From assembly GCA_963974245.1 (NCBI GenBank), contig CAXBBY010000014.1:5881-69880 (forward strand): DNA of 64,000 nt. The letters run 5' to 3'. This stretch comes from an uncultured Flavobacteriaceae bacterium (GTDB lineage Bacteria; Bacteroidota; Bacteroidia; Flavobacteriales; Flavobacteriaceae). The notes below the pieces were generated by a model that worked only from the letters and a program-made list of their open reading frames with translations, was not told the origin of the DNA and ran no database searches. Below, piece by piece: positions 9,301-19,879 of the stretch (its first letter is position 1; every line of letters starts with the position of its first letter). The translations under genes were made by a program, and so were the position numbers.

Positions 9301-10461
9301 TTAGTACGCCATTTTCACAATTTCTTTCACTTTATCTGGTGATAATGATTGATGCTCACCCAAACCTAACCAACCACGATCTGTAAAGCGTTTGGCAATT
9401 TCTTCTGCGGTTCCTTTATATTTTTTTGTGTAATCAGATAATTTTGTATCGATGCCTAATTCGTGGAAAAAAGCAACTGTTTTTTCAATAGCAGCATAGG
9501 CTTTATCATCAATACTTCCTTCGGTGATATTCCATACACGTTCGCCATATTGTGCTAATTTTTCTTTTTTCGCTTCAAAATTATATTTGTAATGACTTGG
9601 AGCAATAATTGCTAAAGTGCGTGCGTGATCTATACCAAATAAGGCAGTCAACTCATGTCCCATAGCATGAACAGCCCAGTCTGTTGGCACTCCTTTTTGT
9701 ATCAAACCATTTAAAGCCATTGTACAACTCCACATAAAATTGGATGCAGCATTATAATCAGAAGGGTCTTTTAAAACCGTAGGAGCAACCTCAATAATTG
9801 TTTGTAAAATACTTTCTGCAAACCGATCCTGCAATAAAGCACCCATCGGATAGGTCATGTATTGTTCTAAAATATGTGTAAAAGAATCAGCCAAACCATT
9901 TGCTAATTGACGTTTAGGAATTGAGGTTATTACCTGAGGATCTAAAATAGAGAACTCAGGAAATAAACCTGACCCACCCATTCCTAATTTTTCTTTGGTT
10001 TCTCTTCTTGTAATTACAGCTCCAGAATTCATTTCAGAACCCGTTGCTGGCAACGTTAACACCGTACCAAAAGGCATTCCTATTTCTGTTCTAATATGTT
10101 TGCTTAAAATATCCCAAGGAATATCGCCTTTAAACAAAGCAGCTGAAGATAAAAACTTAGTTCCATCAATTACAGAACCACCACCAACAGCTAATAAATA
10201 GGTAATGTTTTCGTCTTTTATCACTTTTAAAGCTTTTAATAATACTTCATATTCTGGATTTGCAGGAATTCCTCCAAACTCAATGAAATCAACTTTGGCC
10301 AATGCTGTTTTTACCTGATCGAAAATTCCATTTTTCTTGATGCTTCCGCCACCATAAAGAAGTAATACTTTAGCTTCTTTTGGAATTTCGTTTTCTAATT
10401 TTTCTATCGTGTTCTTTCCAAAAATAATTTTAGTCGGATTTTGAAATTCAAAATTATTCAT
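9301..10461 (-). CDS. Iron-containing NADPH aldehyde reductase (YqhD/BdhA-like)
   Basis: YGGGS, AVGGGSVIDGTK, TLPATGSE, H..GHELTA...HARTL metal ligands. Confidence 0.9.
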   Translation of the reverse strand: MNNFEFQNPTKIIFGKNTIEKLENEIPKEAKVLLLYGGGSIKKNGIFDQVKTALAKVDFIEFGGIPANPEYEVLLKALKVIKDENITYLLAVGGGSVIDGTKFLSSAALFKGDIPWDILSKHIRTEIGMPFGTVLTLPATGSEMNSGAVITRRETKEKLGMGGSGLFPEFSILDPQVITSIPKRQLANGLADSFTHILEQYMTYPMGALLQDRFAESILQTIIEVAPTVLKDPSDYNAASNFMWSCTMALNGLIQKGVPTDWAVHAMGHELTALFGIDHARTLAIIAPSHYKYNFEAKKEKLAQYGERVWNITEGSIDDKAYAAIEKTVAFFHELGIDTKLSDYTKKYKGTAEEIAKRFTDRGWLGLGEHQSLSPDKVKEIVKMAY

Positions 10462-10496
10462 CTTCTTTTTTTGTTTTTAATGTTACACTTCTTTAA

Positions 10497-11129
10497 TTAC
10501 TCAATAACAGTTACTAAATCTTTCATTGGTTTTCTAACTTTCGTTAATTTCACCAACCAATCTTCATCCTCTTTTCTATATCCGATAGGTAATAAAACCG
10601 CACTACGTAATCCTTTTTCGCGCAATCCTAAAATTTCATCTACAGCAGCAGGATCAAAACCTTCTAACGGAGTTGCATCTACACCTTCATAAGCAGCAGC
10701 AATAATTGCTGCTGAAAATGCGATATAAGCTTGTTTTGCAGCATGATTAAAGTTTTCTTCTGCACCTTTTTGAGGATAAATACTTAACAACATCTGACGG
10801 TAATTTTCCCATCCTTCGTTTTTAATTCCACGTATTTCGTTTGTTAAATCAAACATATAGTTAATTCTATCTGCTGTATAGGTATCCCAAGCAGCAAAAA
10901 CGAGTAGGTGAGAGCAGTCTGTAATTACAGATTGGTTCCACGCTACTGGTCTAATTTTTTCTTTAAGCTCTTGATTTTTAATAACCATAATCTCAAAAGG
11001 TTGCAAACCACTTGATGTTGGTGCTAAGCGAGCAGCTTCTAAAATACGTTCAATTTTATCTTCTGCTACTATTTCGCCATTCATTGCTTTTGCAGCATAT
11101 CTCCAGTTTAATTTGTCTAATAATTCCAT
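10497..11129 (-). CDS. Nitroreductase-family flavoprotein (NfsB-like)
   Basis: LNWRYAAKAM, RLAPTSSGLQP, DATPLEGFD. Confidence 0.88.
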   Translation of the reverse strand: MELLDKLNWRYAAKAMNGEIVAEDKIERILEAARLAPTSSGLQPFEIMVIKNQELKEKIRPVAWNQSVITDCSHLLVFAAWDTYTADRINYMFDLTNEIRGIKNEGWENYRQMLLSIYPQKGAEENFNHAAKQAYIAFSAAIIAAAYEGVDATPLEGFDPAAVDEILGLREKGLRSAVLLPIGYRKEDEDWLVKLTKVRKPMKDLVTVIE

Positions 11130-11145
11130 ATTTTTAATATTGTTT

Positions 11146-11814
11146 TTATTTATTGTTTTTTGCTATTTTCTTTATATCATTTGAAGTACTGATTACTTTG
11201 GTATTATTTGTGCTATTCGCTAAATTTAGCATAGCTTGTGCAATCGTTTCTGGATTAATTATTTGATACTCTTTTAATCTTCCTAAAAACAAAGGTTGCG
11301 TCATTTTAAAAAGATCAATCGCTACTTTTTCTAAAAATCGATGTTCTTTACGTTTACCACCAATTAAGGATGGTCTTAAGATAAAGGTGTTTTTAATGTT
11401 TTGTTGTACCACATCATGTTCCATTTCACCTTTTGTTCTATTATAAAATACAGAACTTTTTATATTAGCTCCCATTGCTGATATCACTAAAAAAGTTTTG
11501 ATTTTATTTTCTTTTGAAAGTTGAGCGGCATGAACAGGTATGCCATAATCTATTTGTTTATAAAGTGATTTGTTTGGTGTTTTCTTAGCAGTTGTACCTA
11601 TACAGCAATACACTTCATCCGCTTTAAAAGCTTCTTTAAACTGATTTAAATCTAAAAGATCTCCAATAAATTGTTGCACTTTATTTGGCAAATCATCAAT
11701 TTTTGAACGTGAAAACAATTTAATAGTGCCATACCTTTTATCTTCAATTAATTTTTGAAGTAAAATATTTCCAGTTAAACCTGTTGCTCCTAATATAATG
11801 GCTGTTTTTTTCAT
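11146..11814 (-). CDS. Atypical SDR NAD(P)-binding protein (YraR/TIP30-like)
   Basis: GATGLTG, CCIGTT, DY, YNRTKGEME, RPSLI. Confidence 0.82.
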   Translation of the reverse strand: MKKTAIILGATGLTGNILLQKLIEDKRYGTIKLFSRSKIDDLPNKVQQFIGDLLDLNQFKEAFKADEVYCCIGTTAKKTPNKSLYKQIDYGIPVHAAQLSKENKIKTFLVISAMGANIKSSVFYNRTKGEMEHDVVQQNIKNTFILRPSLIGGKRKEHRFLEKVAIDLFKMTQPLFLGRLKEYQIINPETIAQAMLNLANSTNNTKVISTSNDIKKIAKNNK

Positions 11815-11815
11815 A

Positions 11816-12400
11816 TTATTTACACATTTTTATACTACTCCACGCAGCTTCATACGCTTCCTCTAAATGCGTGTTGTCTAATTTAAAAGCACCTCTTTTT
11901 TCAGACATCATTAAAAATGATAATGGATTTATTGCATACGCATACAATAAGTAATCTGATAAAGGTTTTATTATGCCTTCTCTTTTACCACGAGTCCAAA
12001 GGTCGAGTAGTGGTTGTAAGTGTTTTATTCCTTCCTGTCTGCTATCTTCATCTATAATCGGAGTATTATCACATTGTGCTAAAAACAAAGCATTTTCGCA
12101 TTCTTTTAATTTAAAATCGGCTATACGCTTCCAAATGATTTCAAAACCAGTTTCAACAGACATACTTTCGTTATAAGTTTCAAAAGCAAAGTCTGTGTAG
12201 GCAGATTTTACATCTATATATGTTTTGTTTACCAAATCTTGTTTGTTCTCAAAATATAAATAAATAGTTGCTGGAGAAACGTTCGCCATTTTTGCTATTT
12301 TACTCATAGGAGTTGCATGAAAACCATTATTGTTTACCAACTCAATCGTTGCTTTTATAAGTGCATTCCGTTTATCGATACTTTTTTGAAGTTTTGCCAT
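11816..12400 (-). CDS. TetR/AcrR-family regulator
   Basis: GFHATPMSKIAKMANVSPATIYLYFENKQDL HTH; first gene of a five-gene run. Confidence 0.92.
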   Translation of the reverse strand: MAKLQKSIDKRNALIKATIELVNNNGFHATPMSKIAKMANVSPATIYLYFENKQDLVNKTYIDVKSAYTDFAFETYNESMSVETGFEIIWKRIADFKLKECENALFLAQCDNTPIIDEDSRQEGIKHLQPLLDLWTRGKREGIIKPLSDYLLYAYAINPLSFLMMSEKRGAFKLDNTHLEEAYEAAWSSIKMCK

Positions 12401-12418
12401 TTGTTTTTATTTCTGATA

Positions 12419-12455
12419 CAAAGATATGTAAAAAATGAATGTTCATTCTTTTTTT
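12419..12455 (-). promoter_or_regulatory. Promoter -7 box and probable TetR operator
   Basis: CAAAGATA (minus-strand TATCTTTG) at 12419-12426; palindrome AAAAAA-T-GAATG-TT-CATTC-T-TTTTTT at 12430-12455. Confidence 0.65.
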
Positions 12456-12584
12456 AACTACTATTTATATATAATCGCATAAATAAAATTGATTGAATAA
12501 AGTACGTGTTTATTTATGAGTGAATTAAGTAAGAATGACAATTGATTAGAAAAAGAGAAAAGAAGTAAATTCTTAAAAACGAAT

Positions 12585-13835
12585 TTATTTACTTGTAGAT
12601 AAAAAACTTGAAGTACTCGGTAACTCAAAAATTTCTAAATCAAAATAAGAAACAGCTGCAATGATATGATCAAAAATATCTGCCATAATATATTCGTAAT
12701 TTTCCCAACGTTTATCACTACTAAAAGTATAAATTTCTAAAGGAATTCCTTGCGTTCCAGGAGCTAATTGACGTACCATAATCATCATATCTTTATTAGT
12801 ACCAGAATGATTTTCAATATAAGTTTCAACATACTTTCTAAACACACCAAAATTGGTAAGGTTTCTTCCGTTTAAAAGCAATTCTTTGTTGATGTTATTT
12901 TTGGTGTTATATGCATCAATATCAGCTTGCCGGGTTTCCAAATAAGAAGTGATTGTGCTGATTTTTTTTAATTTATCTACCTGATCTTTAGTTAAATAAT
13001 GGATGCTGTCTAACTTAATATTTAACGCTCTTTTTATACGTCTTCCATCAGAATTTTCCATACCTCTCCAGTTTTTAAACGAATCTGAAATTAAAGCATA
13101 AGTTGGGATTGTTGTAATAGTTTTATCAAAATTTTGAACTTTTACTGTAGATAAATTAATTTCGATAACATCACCATCTGCACCATATTTTTCAAATGTA
13201 ATCCAATCACCAATCCGTACCATATCATTTATAGAAACTTGAATACTAGCAACAAAACCTAAAATGGTGTCTTTAAATATTAAAATAATTATAGCCGATG
13301 CAGCACCAATAGTAGTAATAAATTTAATAAATTCTATTCCTGTAATAATAGCAAAAACAGACAATAGACCAATAATCCAAGCAAATATCATAAACACCTG
13401 AATGTAGCTGTCTATTGGTTTGTCTTTTAAACTTGGTAAAGTTTTAAAGTAATCTTTGAGAGTGTTTAAGAGACTACGTACAGTCCAAAGTGTAAGAATA
13501 ACCGCAAATATTTGCAGACCTTCTTCAACAATATTCTCAAAATAAGCAAAGTCAACAAAGACTAAAGGAGTGAGTTCATATGCAACAATTAATGGAATGA
13601 TGTGGGCGATATTACGTGGCACTTTATTTGCTACTAGTAAATTATCAAAATTTGTTTTAGTTTTATTAGAAAAACGGATAAAGAATTCCACGATAATTTT
13701 ACGAATTATAAAATCAATCAATAACGTAATAATTAATAAAGCTGCCAGTAAAGCAAATAAATTTAAATATTTAGCTGAGGCTTCAGATTGTCCAATAGAT
13801 ACTAAATAATCGTATAAAAGGTGTTCAATATTCAT
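12585..13835 (-). CDS. Mechanosensitive channel, MscS family (YbdG-like)
   Basis: GFVASIQ, GDWI..GADGDV..I.L.TVKVQNFDKTITTIP, NWRGM..GRRIKR, GIPLEIY. Confidence 0.9.
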   Translation of the reverse strand: MNIEHLLYDYLVSIGQSEASAKYLNLFALLAALLIITLLIDFIIRKIIVEFFIRFSNKTKTNFDNLLVANKVPRNIAHIIPLIVAYELTPLVFVDFAYFENIVEEGLQIFAVILTLWTVRSLLNTLKDYFKTLPSLKDKPIDSYIQVFMIFAWIIGLLSVFAIITGIEFIKFITTIGAASAIIILIFKDTILGFVASIQVSINDMVRIGDWITFEKYGADGDVIEINLSTVKVQNFDKTITTIPTYALISDSFKNWRGMENSDGRRIKRALNIKLDSIHYLTKDQVDKLKKISTITSYLETRQADIDAYNTKNNINKELLLNGRNLTNFGVFRKYVETYIENHSGTNKDMMIMVRQLAPGTQGIPLEIYTFSSDKRWENYEYIMADIFDHIIAAVSYFDLEIFELPSTSSFLSTSK

Positions 13836-13894
13836 AATTGTGTCGTTTTAAAAGAAAGTCTAATATTAGAAAAATGAAGATTTTTAATTGGTTG

Positions 13895-13902
13895 CAAAGA
13901 TA
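13895..13902 (-). promoter_or_regulatory. sigma70 -7 box for the MscS gene
   Basis: TATCTTTG on the minus strand about 60 nt upstream of the start. Confidence 0.55.
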
Positions 13903-14151
13903 ACCATTATAAGGTTCATACTAAATTCTTTGTGTGATTTGATTTTCATATTATTAGGTTTTGAGAAACTTTTTTCTGCAATTTAGAACCGTAATTTCTT
14001 TTAACATAATTGTTGCCGATATAGACCTAAAGGCACTATATCTACAATTATGTGTAAATAGCCTGAAAAACGGCTATACAGAAATTATTGTATATTTGTA
14101 TTATAATTTATATTATGTTAAATAATTTATTTAATAATCCACTCTATTAAA

Positions 14152-14754
14152 TTAAATTCGTTTAGTAAGAATTATAGTTGACATACAGCGTTCATTATTA
14201 ACATTCACATACTTCTTTGGTTCTAATAATTTTAAATTAAAAACAGAAATCATTGTTTGTAATAATGAATCCGTTAATAAAAACCGATTGGTCTTATCAG
14301 GCAACCTATAAACTCCGTCAGCAATTAAAGTAACACGTTTTTCTATTCCTTCCAGGTTGGTCATTCTAATAAAAATGGTTCCACTTGGTTTAACTACACG
14401 AACCAACTCGGAAAACATATTCATAAAATGTTGTGTATTCTGAGCAAAATGTAAAACAGCATTACAAATAATATGATCAAACGCGTTCTCATCAAAATTT
14501 AATATATCTAAATTTTGTACAGAAAAATGATTGAAAAACTTTGGATATGCATCTTTTGTAGCTTCAATACTATTTGCATTTGCATCTACACCAAATATCT
14601 GAAAAGCGTTGTTATAAAACCATTTTAAATTGCGCCCAGTTCCACAACCTGCATCTAAAATAGCCTCTTTTTGTTGGTATCTATTCTTTAAAATTTGATC
14701 CAATAAATAAAGGTCGATTCCGCCAATACTATTTTGTAATTTTTCTATAGACAT
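14152..14754 (-). CDS. Class I SAM-dependent methyltransferase
   Basis: ILDAGCGTGRN, FGVD, FDHIICNAVLHF, VKPSG. Confidence 0.85.
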   Translation of the reverse strand: MSIEKLQNSIGGIDLYLLDQILKNRYQQKEAILDAGCGTGRNLKWFYNNAFQIFGVDANANSIEATKDAYPKFFNHFSVQNLDILNFDENAFDHIICNAVLHFAQNTQHFMNMFSELVRVVKPSGTIFIRMTNLEGIEKRVTLIADGVYRLPDKTNRFLLTDSLLQTMISVFNLKLLEPKKYVNVNNERCMSTIILTKRI

Positions 14755-14793
14755 ATTCTATTTTTATTCAACCAAAATACAAAATCTTAAGAG

Positions 14794-14801
14794 TACATTT
14801 G
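14794..14801 (+). promoter_or_regulatory. sigma70 -7 box immediately before the MFS start codon
   Basis: TACATTTG ends 4 nt before ATG 14806. Confidence 0.55.
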
Positions 14802-14805
14802 CCGC

Positions 14806-16011
14806 ATGTCAACAAAAACTACTTCAAAATTCGAATTTATTGCCTTAATGGCTTCATTAATGTCAATCGTAGCGATGTCAATAGATGCGTTATTACCCGC
14901 ATTAGAACATATTGGGGTTTCTATTCGAATACAAAACTCTACTGATAATCAATTATTGGTAACGATGATTTTTCTTGGATTAGGTTTTGGACAATTAATA
15001 TTTGGGCCTATTTCTGATAGTTTGGGAAGAAAACCTGTTATATATATGGGTTTTGCTGTCTTTGTTATTGCTAGTTTTATCTGTGTTACAGCAACAAATT
15101 TAGAAACAATGATTATTGGAAGAATCCTACAAGGAATTGGACTTTCTGCTCCTAGAACTATAAGTATTGCAATGGTTAGAGATAGTTTTAGTGGCGATTA
15201 TATGGCAAAGATTATGTCATTTATTGTGGTTATTTTTATATTGGTTCCGGTTGTGGCACCAGCAATTGGAAAACTCATTTTAGATGCTTATAGCTGGAAA
15301 GCTATTTTTATAAGTCAATTAATTATTGGATTTATCATTATGATTTGGTTATGGAAACGCCAACCAGAAACATTACCGGTAGAAAAGAGAACTAAATTTC
15401 GTTTACGCTTATTTATAGATGGTGCAATAGAATTTATCAAATTTAAACAAGCCGTAATTTTTACCTTGATTTCTGGATTCATAACTGGCTCGTTTATGGT
15501 GTATTTATCAGCATCACAACAAATTTTTCAAGAGCAATATCAGTTAAAAGAAGAATTTCCATACATATTTGCTGGTTTAGCAATTGCTGTAGGTTTTGCA
15601 ACATTTTTAAACGGTACTTTCGTAATGCGCTTTGGAATGTACAACTTAGTAAGAGTTTTTACCATTTTGTTTACATTGATACCACTACTCTATGTTGTTT
15701 TGTATTTTAATAGTGATGCAAACCCAAGTATAACTATTTTCTTAATTTTTTGTGGGCTTGAATTTTTTGCTTTAGGATTTTTGTTTGGAAACCTAAGAGC
15801 GTTAGCAATGCAACCAGTTGGTCATATTGCTGGTGTTGGTGCAGCAATCAATGGGTTTGTTTCTACAATTATGGCAGTACCAATTGCAACTTTTATTGGT
15901 AGTTTTGTAATAGAAAGAGCACTTCCTCTATTTATAGGTTTTTTTATCTGTGGTTTGTTTTCTTTTATATTGATACAATTATTACCTAAAAAATCGATTA
16001 CAACAAATTAA
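14806..16011 (+). CDS. MFS drug efflux transporter, Bcr/CflA family
   Basis: SIDALLPAL, GPISDSLGRKP motif A, GRILQGIG; about 12 TM. Confidence 0.9.
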   Translation: MSTKTTSKFEFIALMASLMSIVAMSIDALLPALEHIGVSIRIQNSTDNQLLVTMIFLGLGFGQLIFGPISDSLGRKPVIYMGFAVFVIASFICVTATNLETMIIGRILQGIGLSAPRTISIAMVRDSFSGDYMAKIMSFIVVIFILVPVVAPAIGKLILDAYSWKAIFISQLIIGFIIMIWLWKRQPETLPVEKRTKFRLRLFIDGAIEFIKFKQAVIFTLISGFITGSFMVYLSASQQIFQEQYQLKEEFPYIFAGLAIAVGFATFLNGTFVMRFGMYNLVRVFTILFTLIPLLYVVLYFNSDANPSITIFLIFCGLEFFALGFLFGNLRALAMQPVGHIAGVGAAINGFVSTIMAVPIATFIGSFVIERALPLFIGFFICGLFSFILIQLLPKKSITTN

Positions 16012-16019
16012 TCAATCTT

Positions 16020-18008
16020 CTAAAAAGCTAATAAATCTTTTAATTCTGATTCAAATTGATTCTTCGCCAAATATTGTTTCTCTAGCTCTTTCTCAAACGG
16101 AATTGGAGTTTCTAAACTGCCAACTCGCTTTACAGGTGCATCTAATAATTTGAAACAATTCTCAGTTATCAATGCTGATAAATCACTTGCAATTCCACCA
16201 AATAAAGAATCTTCTTGCAATATAATTGCTTTTCCTGTTTTCCGTACGGATGCGTAAATTGCTTCGACATCTAGCGGTTGCAAGGTTCTTAAATCGATTA
16301 AATCTGCAGAAATAGTTGGATGTTTTTCTAACGTTTCTAATGCCCAATGAACTCCAGCTCCATAACTAATAATTGTAACATCATTACCTTCTTTTAACGT
16401 AGCTGCTTTTCCAATTGGTAATGTATAATAATTTTCTGGTACTTCTTGATATACAGAACGATACAGTGCTTTATGCTCAAAGAATAATACAGGATTTGGA
16501 TCATTAATTGCAGCAATTAACAAGCCTTTTGCATCCGCAGGAAATGCTGGATATATTACTTTTAATCCTGGTGTTTTAGTGAACCAAGCTTCGTTGGTTT
16601 GAGAATGAAATGGGCCTGCTCCAACTCCTGCGCCACATGGCATTCTTACTACAACATCTGCTATTTGATTCCAACGATAATGAGATTTTGCTAATAAATT
16701 TACAATCGGATTAAACCCAGAAGACACAAAATCTGCAAACTGCATTTCCATTACTGATTTTGTTCCGTTTACAGATAAACCATAAGCTGCAGAAACAATT
16801 GCTGATTCACAAATTGGCGTATTCCGTACTCTTTCTTTTCCAAATTGTTTTAAAAATCCATCAGTAATTTTAAAAACACCGCCATATTCAGCAACATCTT
16901 GTCCCATAATCACCAAATCATTATGTTGTTCCATAGATTGTCTCAACCCATCTGAAATGGCATCAATTAAACGAATTTTCTTTGTTTCTGTTGATGGATT
17001 TATGATTTCTGGTTGAAAGTCTTTAAAAACATCATTTAATTCAGTTTCTAAATTAGCAGTTATTGTTGGTTCATCATAAGCCATTTGTAAATGTTCATTA
17101 ATTTCTTGAACAATATCTTCTTTAAACTGAACTTCATCTTGTTCGGTTAGTATGTTTTCAGCTTTTAAATAGGCTTGAAAATTTTCTAACGGATCTTTTG
17201 CCGCCCAAGTATCTAATAAATCTTGAGGAACATACTTTGTGCCACTTGCTTCTTCATGACCACGCATTCTAAAAGTTTTGAACTCTAATAAAATTGGTCT
17301 TGGATTTTCTCGTACACTTTCTGCTAATTCAGATACTTTTGTATATACTTCTACAATATTATTTCCGTCTATAATATGACTTTCTATTCCGTAACCAATT
17401 CCTTTATCTGCAATATTTTCGCAATTAAACTGCTCAGAAGTTGGTGTTGAAAGTCCGTAACCATTATTTTCTACACAAAATAATACTGGTAAACCCCAAA
17501 CAGAAGCTACATTTAACGCTTCATGAAAATCGCCTTCACTTGTTCCTCCTTCTCCAGTAAATACTGCACAAACTTTTTGTTCTTTTCTAATTTTATGTGC
17601 CAATGCAATTCCGTCTGCTATTCCTAATTGTGGTCCTAAATGCGAAATCATTCCTACAATATTAAACTCTTGTGTTCCGAAATGGAAACTACGATCTCTA
17701 CCTTTTGTAAATCCGTTTGCTTTTCCTTGCCATTGAGAAAACAACCTATATAAAGGAATCTCTCTCGTTGTAAAAACTCCTAGATTTCTATGCATTGGTA
17801 AAATGTATTCATCCGAATTTAAAGCGGCTGTAACTCCTACAGAAATTGCTTCTTGACCAATTCCAGAAAACCATTTAGATATTTTACCTTGACGTAATAA
17901 TATCAACATCTTCTCCTCTATCAATCTTGGTTTTAACATCGATTTATACAACGCTATAAGCTTAGGTGCTTCTAAAGAGGGATTTGAATAATTTATTTGA
18001 GCAATCAT
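16020..18008 (-). CDS. Fused 2-oxoacid (probably branched-chain) dehydrogenase E1 alpha/beta
   Basis: GEGGTSEGDFHE..N ThDP motif, RMRGHEE, NTPICE, EMQFADF, GPFHSQ. Confidence 0.88.
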   Translation of the reverse strand: MIAQINYSNPSLEAPKLIALYKSMLKPRLIEEKMLILLRQGKISKWFSGIGQEAISVGVTAALNSDEYILPMHRNLGVFTTREIPLYRLFSQWQGKANGFTKGRDRSFHFGTQEFNIVGMISHLGPQLGIADGIALAHKIRKEQKVCAVFTGEGGTSEGDFHEALNVASVWGLPVLFCVENNGYGLSTPTSEQFNCENIADKGIGYGIESHIIDGNNIVEVYTKVSELAESVRENPRPILLEFKTFRMRGHEEASGTKYVPQDLLDTWAAKDPLENFQAYLKAENILTEQDEVQFKEDIVQEINEHLQMAYDEPTITANLETELNDVFKDFQPEIINPSTETKKIRLIDAISDGLRQSMEQHNDLVIMGQDVAEYGGVFKITDGFLKQFGKERVRNTPICESAIVSAAYGLSVNGTKSVMEMQFADFVSSGFNPIVNLLAKSHYRWNQIADVVVRMPCGAGVGAGPFHSQTNEAWFTKTPGLKVIYPAFPADAKGLLIAAINDPNPVLFFEHKALYRSVYQEVPENYYTLPIGKAATLKEGNDVTIISYGAGVHWALETLEKHPTISADLIDLRTLQPLDVEAIYASVRKTGKAIILQEDSLFGGIASDLSALITENCFKLLDAPVKRVGSLETPIPFEKELEKQYLAKNQFESELKDLLAF

Positions 18009-18085
18009 ATAATTGTAGTTAATGTGGTTGCGAATTTAAAAATAAAAAGTGATGTTACAATGTATTAATTTATGAGGATTCTAAA

Positions 18086-19231
18086 TTATAATTTATTTAA
18101 AATTTCTGCAGCTTTTAATAATGTTTCTTCTTTTTTTGCAAAACAAAAACGTAGAACTTTTTCATCTAAGTTATTCGTATTAAAAACCGACATTGGTATT
18201 GAAGCTACGCCAAACTCAATAATTAATCTCTTTGCAAAATCCATATCATTTTCATTAGAAATAGCTTGATAATTTAACACTTGAAAATACGTTGCTTTAG
18301 ATGGTTTAAATGTAAAATTTGAATGTTGAATTGCATCTAAAAAAATATTTCTTTTTTTCTGATAAAAAGCATCTAATTGAATGTAATTATCAGGTTCGTT
18401 AATATATTTAGCTAAAGCAATTTGCATAGGATGATTTACAGAATACACATTAAATTGATGCACTTTTATAAACTCTTTCATCAGTTCTTTTGGACCACAA
18501 CAATACCCAACTTTCCAACCCGTGTTATGAAATGTTTTTCCGAATGAAGCCGTAATAAATGTTCTCTCTTTTAATTGTGGAAACAAACATGCGCTTTGGT
18601 GTTTCAATCCATCAAAAACCATGTGTTCATAGACTTCATCACTTAAAACAATTGCATTTGTATTTGCAGTTAATGTTTCTAATTGTTGCATATCTTCTTT
18701 TGAGAAAACGGTACCACACGGATTTTGTGGTGTATTGATCACAATCATTTTTGTTTTTTCTGAAAATGCATTTTTCACCTCATTCCAATCTACTTTATAG
18801 TCTGGATATTTTAATTGTATAGGAACAACTTTACCACCATTTAACTCTATTGCAGGTTCATAACAATCATATACTGGTTTAAACAAAATCACTTCATCTA
18901 AAGGTTTAATAAATGCCGAGATAATTGTAAAAATTGCTTGTGTTGCTCCAGCAGTAACTACAATTTCATTTTCTGGATTGTAGGTAGATTGATATAAATC
19001 ATCAAATTTACGTGCAATTGCTTCTCTTAATTCTTGTACGCCAAGCATTGGAGCGTATTGATTATAACCAGAATTCATTGCCTTTGTAACCAAGTCAATT
19101 AGTTTTTGATCACTTTTAAAATCTGGAAATCCTTGTGATAAATTAATGGCATTGTGTTTTTTAGATAAATTACCCATTGTTGTAAAAATGGTTGTCTTTA
19201 AATTTGGAAGTTTAGATGATTGGTAATTCAT
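18086..19231 (-). CDS. PLP aminotransferase class I, YbdL (methionine aminotransferase)-like
   Basis: INLSQGFPDF, NTPQNPCG, SDEVYEH, SFGKTFHNTGWKVGY. Confidence 0.88.
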   Translation of the reverse strand: MNYQSSKLPNLKTTIFTTMGNLSKKHNAINLSQGFPDFKSDQKLIDLVTKAMNSGYNQYAPMLGVQELREAIARKFDDLYQSTYNPENEIVVTAGATQAIFTIISAFIKPLDEVILFKPVYDCYEPAIELNGGKVVPIQLKYPDYKVDWNEVKNAFSEKTKMIVINTPQNPCGTVFSKEDMQQLETLTANTNAIVLSDEVYEHMVFDGLKHQSACLFPQLKERTFITASFGKTFHNTGWKVGYCCGPKELMKEFIKVHQFNVYSVNHPMQIALAKYINEPDNYIQLDAFYQKKRNIFLDAIQHSNFTFKPSKATYFQVLNYQAISNENDMDFAKRLIIEFGVASIPMSVFNTNNLDEKVLRFCFAKKEETLLKAAEILNKL

Positions 19232-19260
19232 ACAGTATATTTATTAGTCTTCTCTAAAAT

Positions 19261-19290
19261 AAAAAATCCTCATCAAAAATTGATAAGGAT
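19261..19290 (-). terminator. Intrinsic terminator after the Lrp gene
   Basis: Minus strand ATCCTTATCAA-TTT-TTGATGAGGAT followed by a U-run. Confidence 0.65.
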
Positions 19291-19312
19291 TCAAAAATAT
19301 TATAATTGCTAT

Positions 19313-19792
19313 TTACAATTCTTTAAAAATTGCATGCATCATTCTTTTTTTATCATTAATACTTTCTTCTAAAGAAATCATGGTTTCTGTTCTATTAACA
19401 CCATCAATATCATCTATTTTATAAATAATGTCTTTAGCATCACTTGTATCCTTAGCTCTTACTTTACAAAAAATATTGTATTTTCCAGCAGTTACATAGG
19501 CTACAGTAACATTTGGAATGGTTTTAAGTGCTTTAATTACGCTTTGAGTCATCGATGTTTTTTCAAGAAAAATACCAACGTGTGCAATAAATGAATAGCC
19601 CATTTTTTCGTAATTAAGTGTTAGGGTTGATCCTTGTATAATTCCTTCATCCTCCATTTTTTTAACACGAACATGAATTGTACCAGCAGAAACTAACAGT
19701 TTTTTTGCAATATCTGTAAAAGGTGTTCTTGCATTTTCTATTAGTACATCTAATATTTGATGATCTATTTCATCTAAAACAAACTTTTTCAT
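19313..19792 (-). CDS. Lrp/AsnC-family regulator
   Basis: LDEIDHQIL..NARTPFTDIAKKL.VSAGTIHVRVKKM HTH plus RAM domain. Confidence 0.92.
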   Translation of the reverse strand: MKKFVLDEIDHQILDVLIENARTPFTDIAKKLLVSAGTIHVRVKKMEDEGIIQGSTLTLNYEKMGYSFIAHVGIFLEKTSMTQSVIKALKTIPNVTVAYVTAGKYNIFCKVRAKDTSDAKDIIYKIDDIDGVNRTETMISLEESINDKKRMMHAIFKEL

Positions 19793-19879
19793 TTTTTTTT
19801 AAAGATTATTCAATTTATTCATCAAAAATATAGATTATATTTAATATATAAGTAAAAATATTAAAAAATCTTTATAAAA

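Noticed and set aside
14091-14098. Plus-strand TATATTTG box pointing antisense into the methyltransferase gene (possible sRNA promoter)
   Set aside because: No -33 TTTG at proper spacing and no terminator; likely chance in AT-rich DNA.
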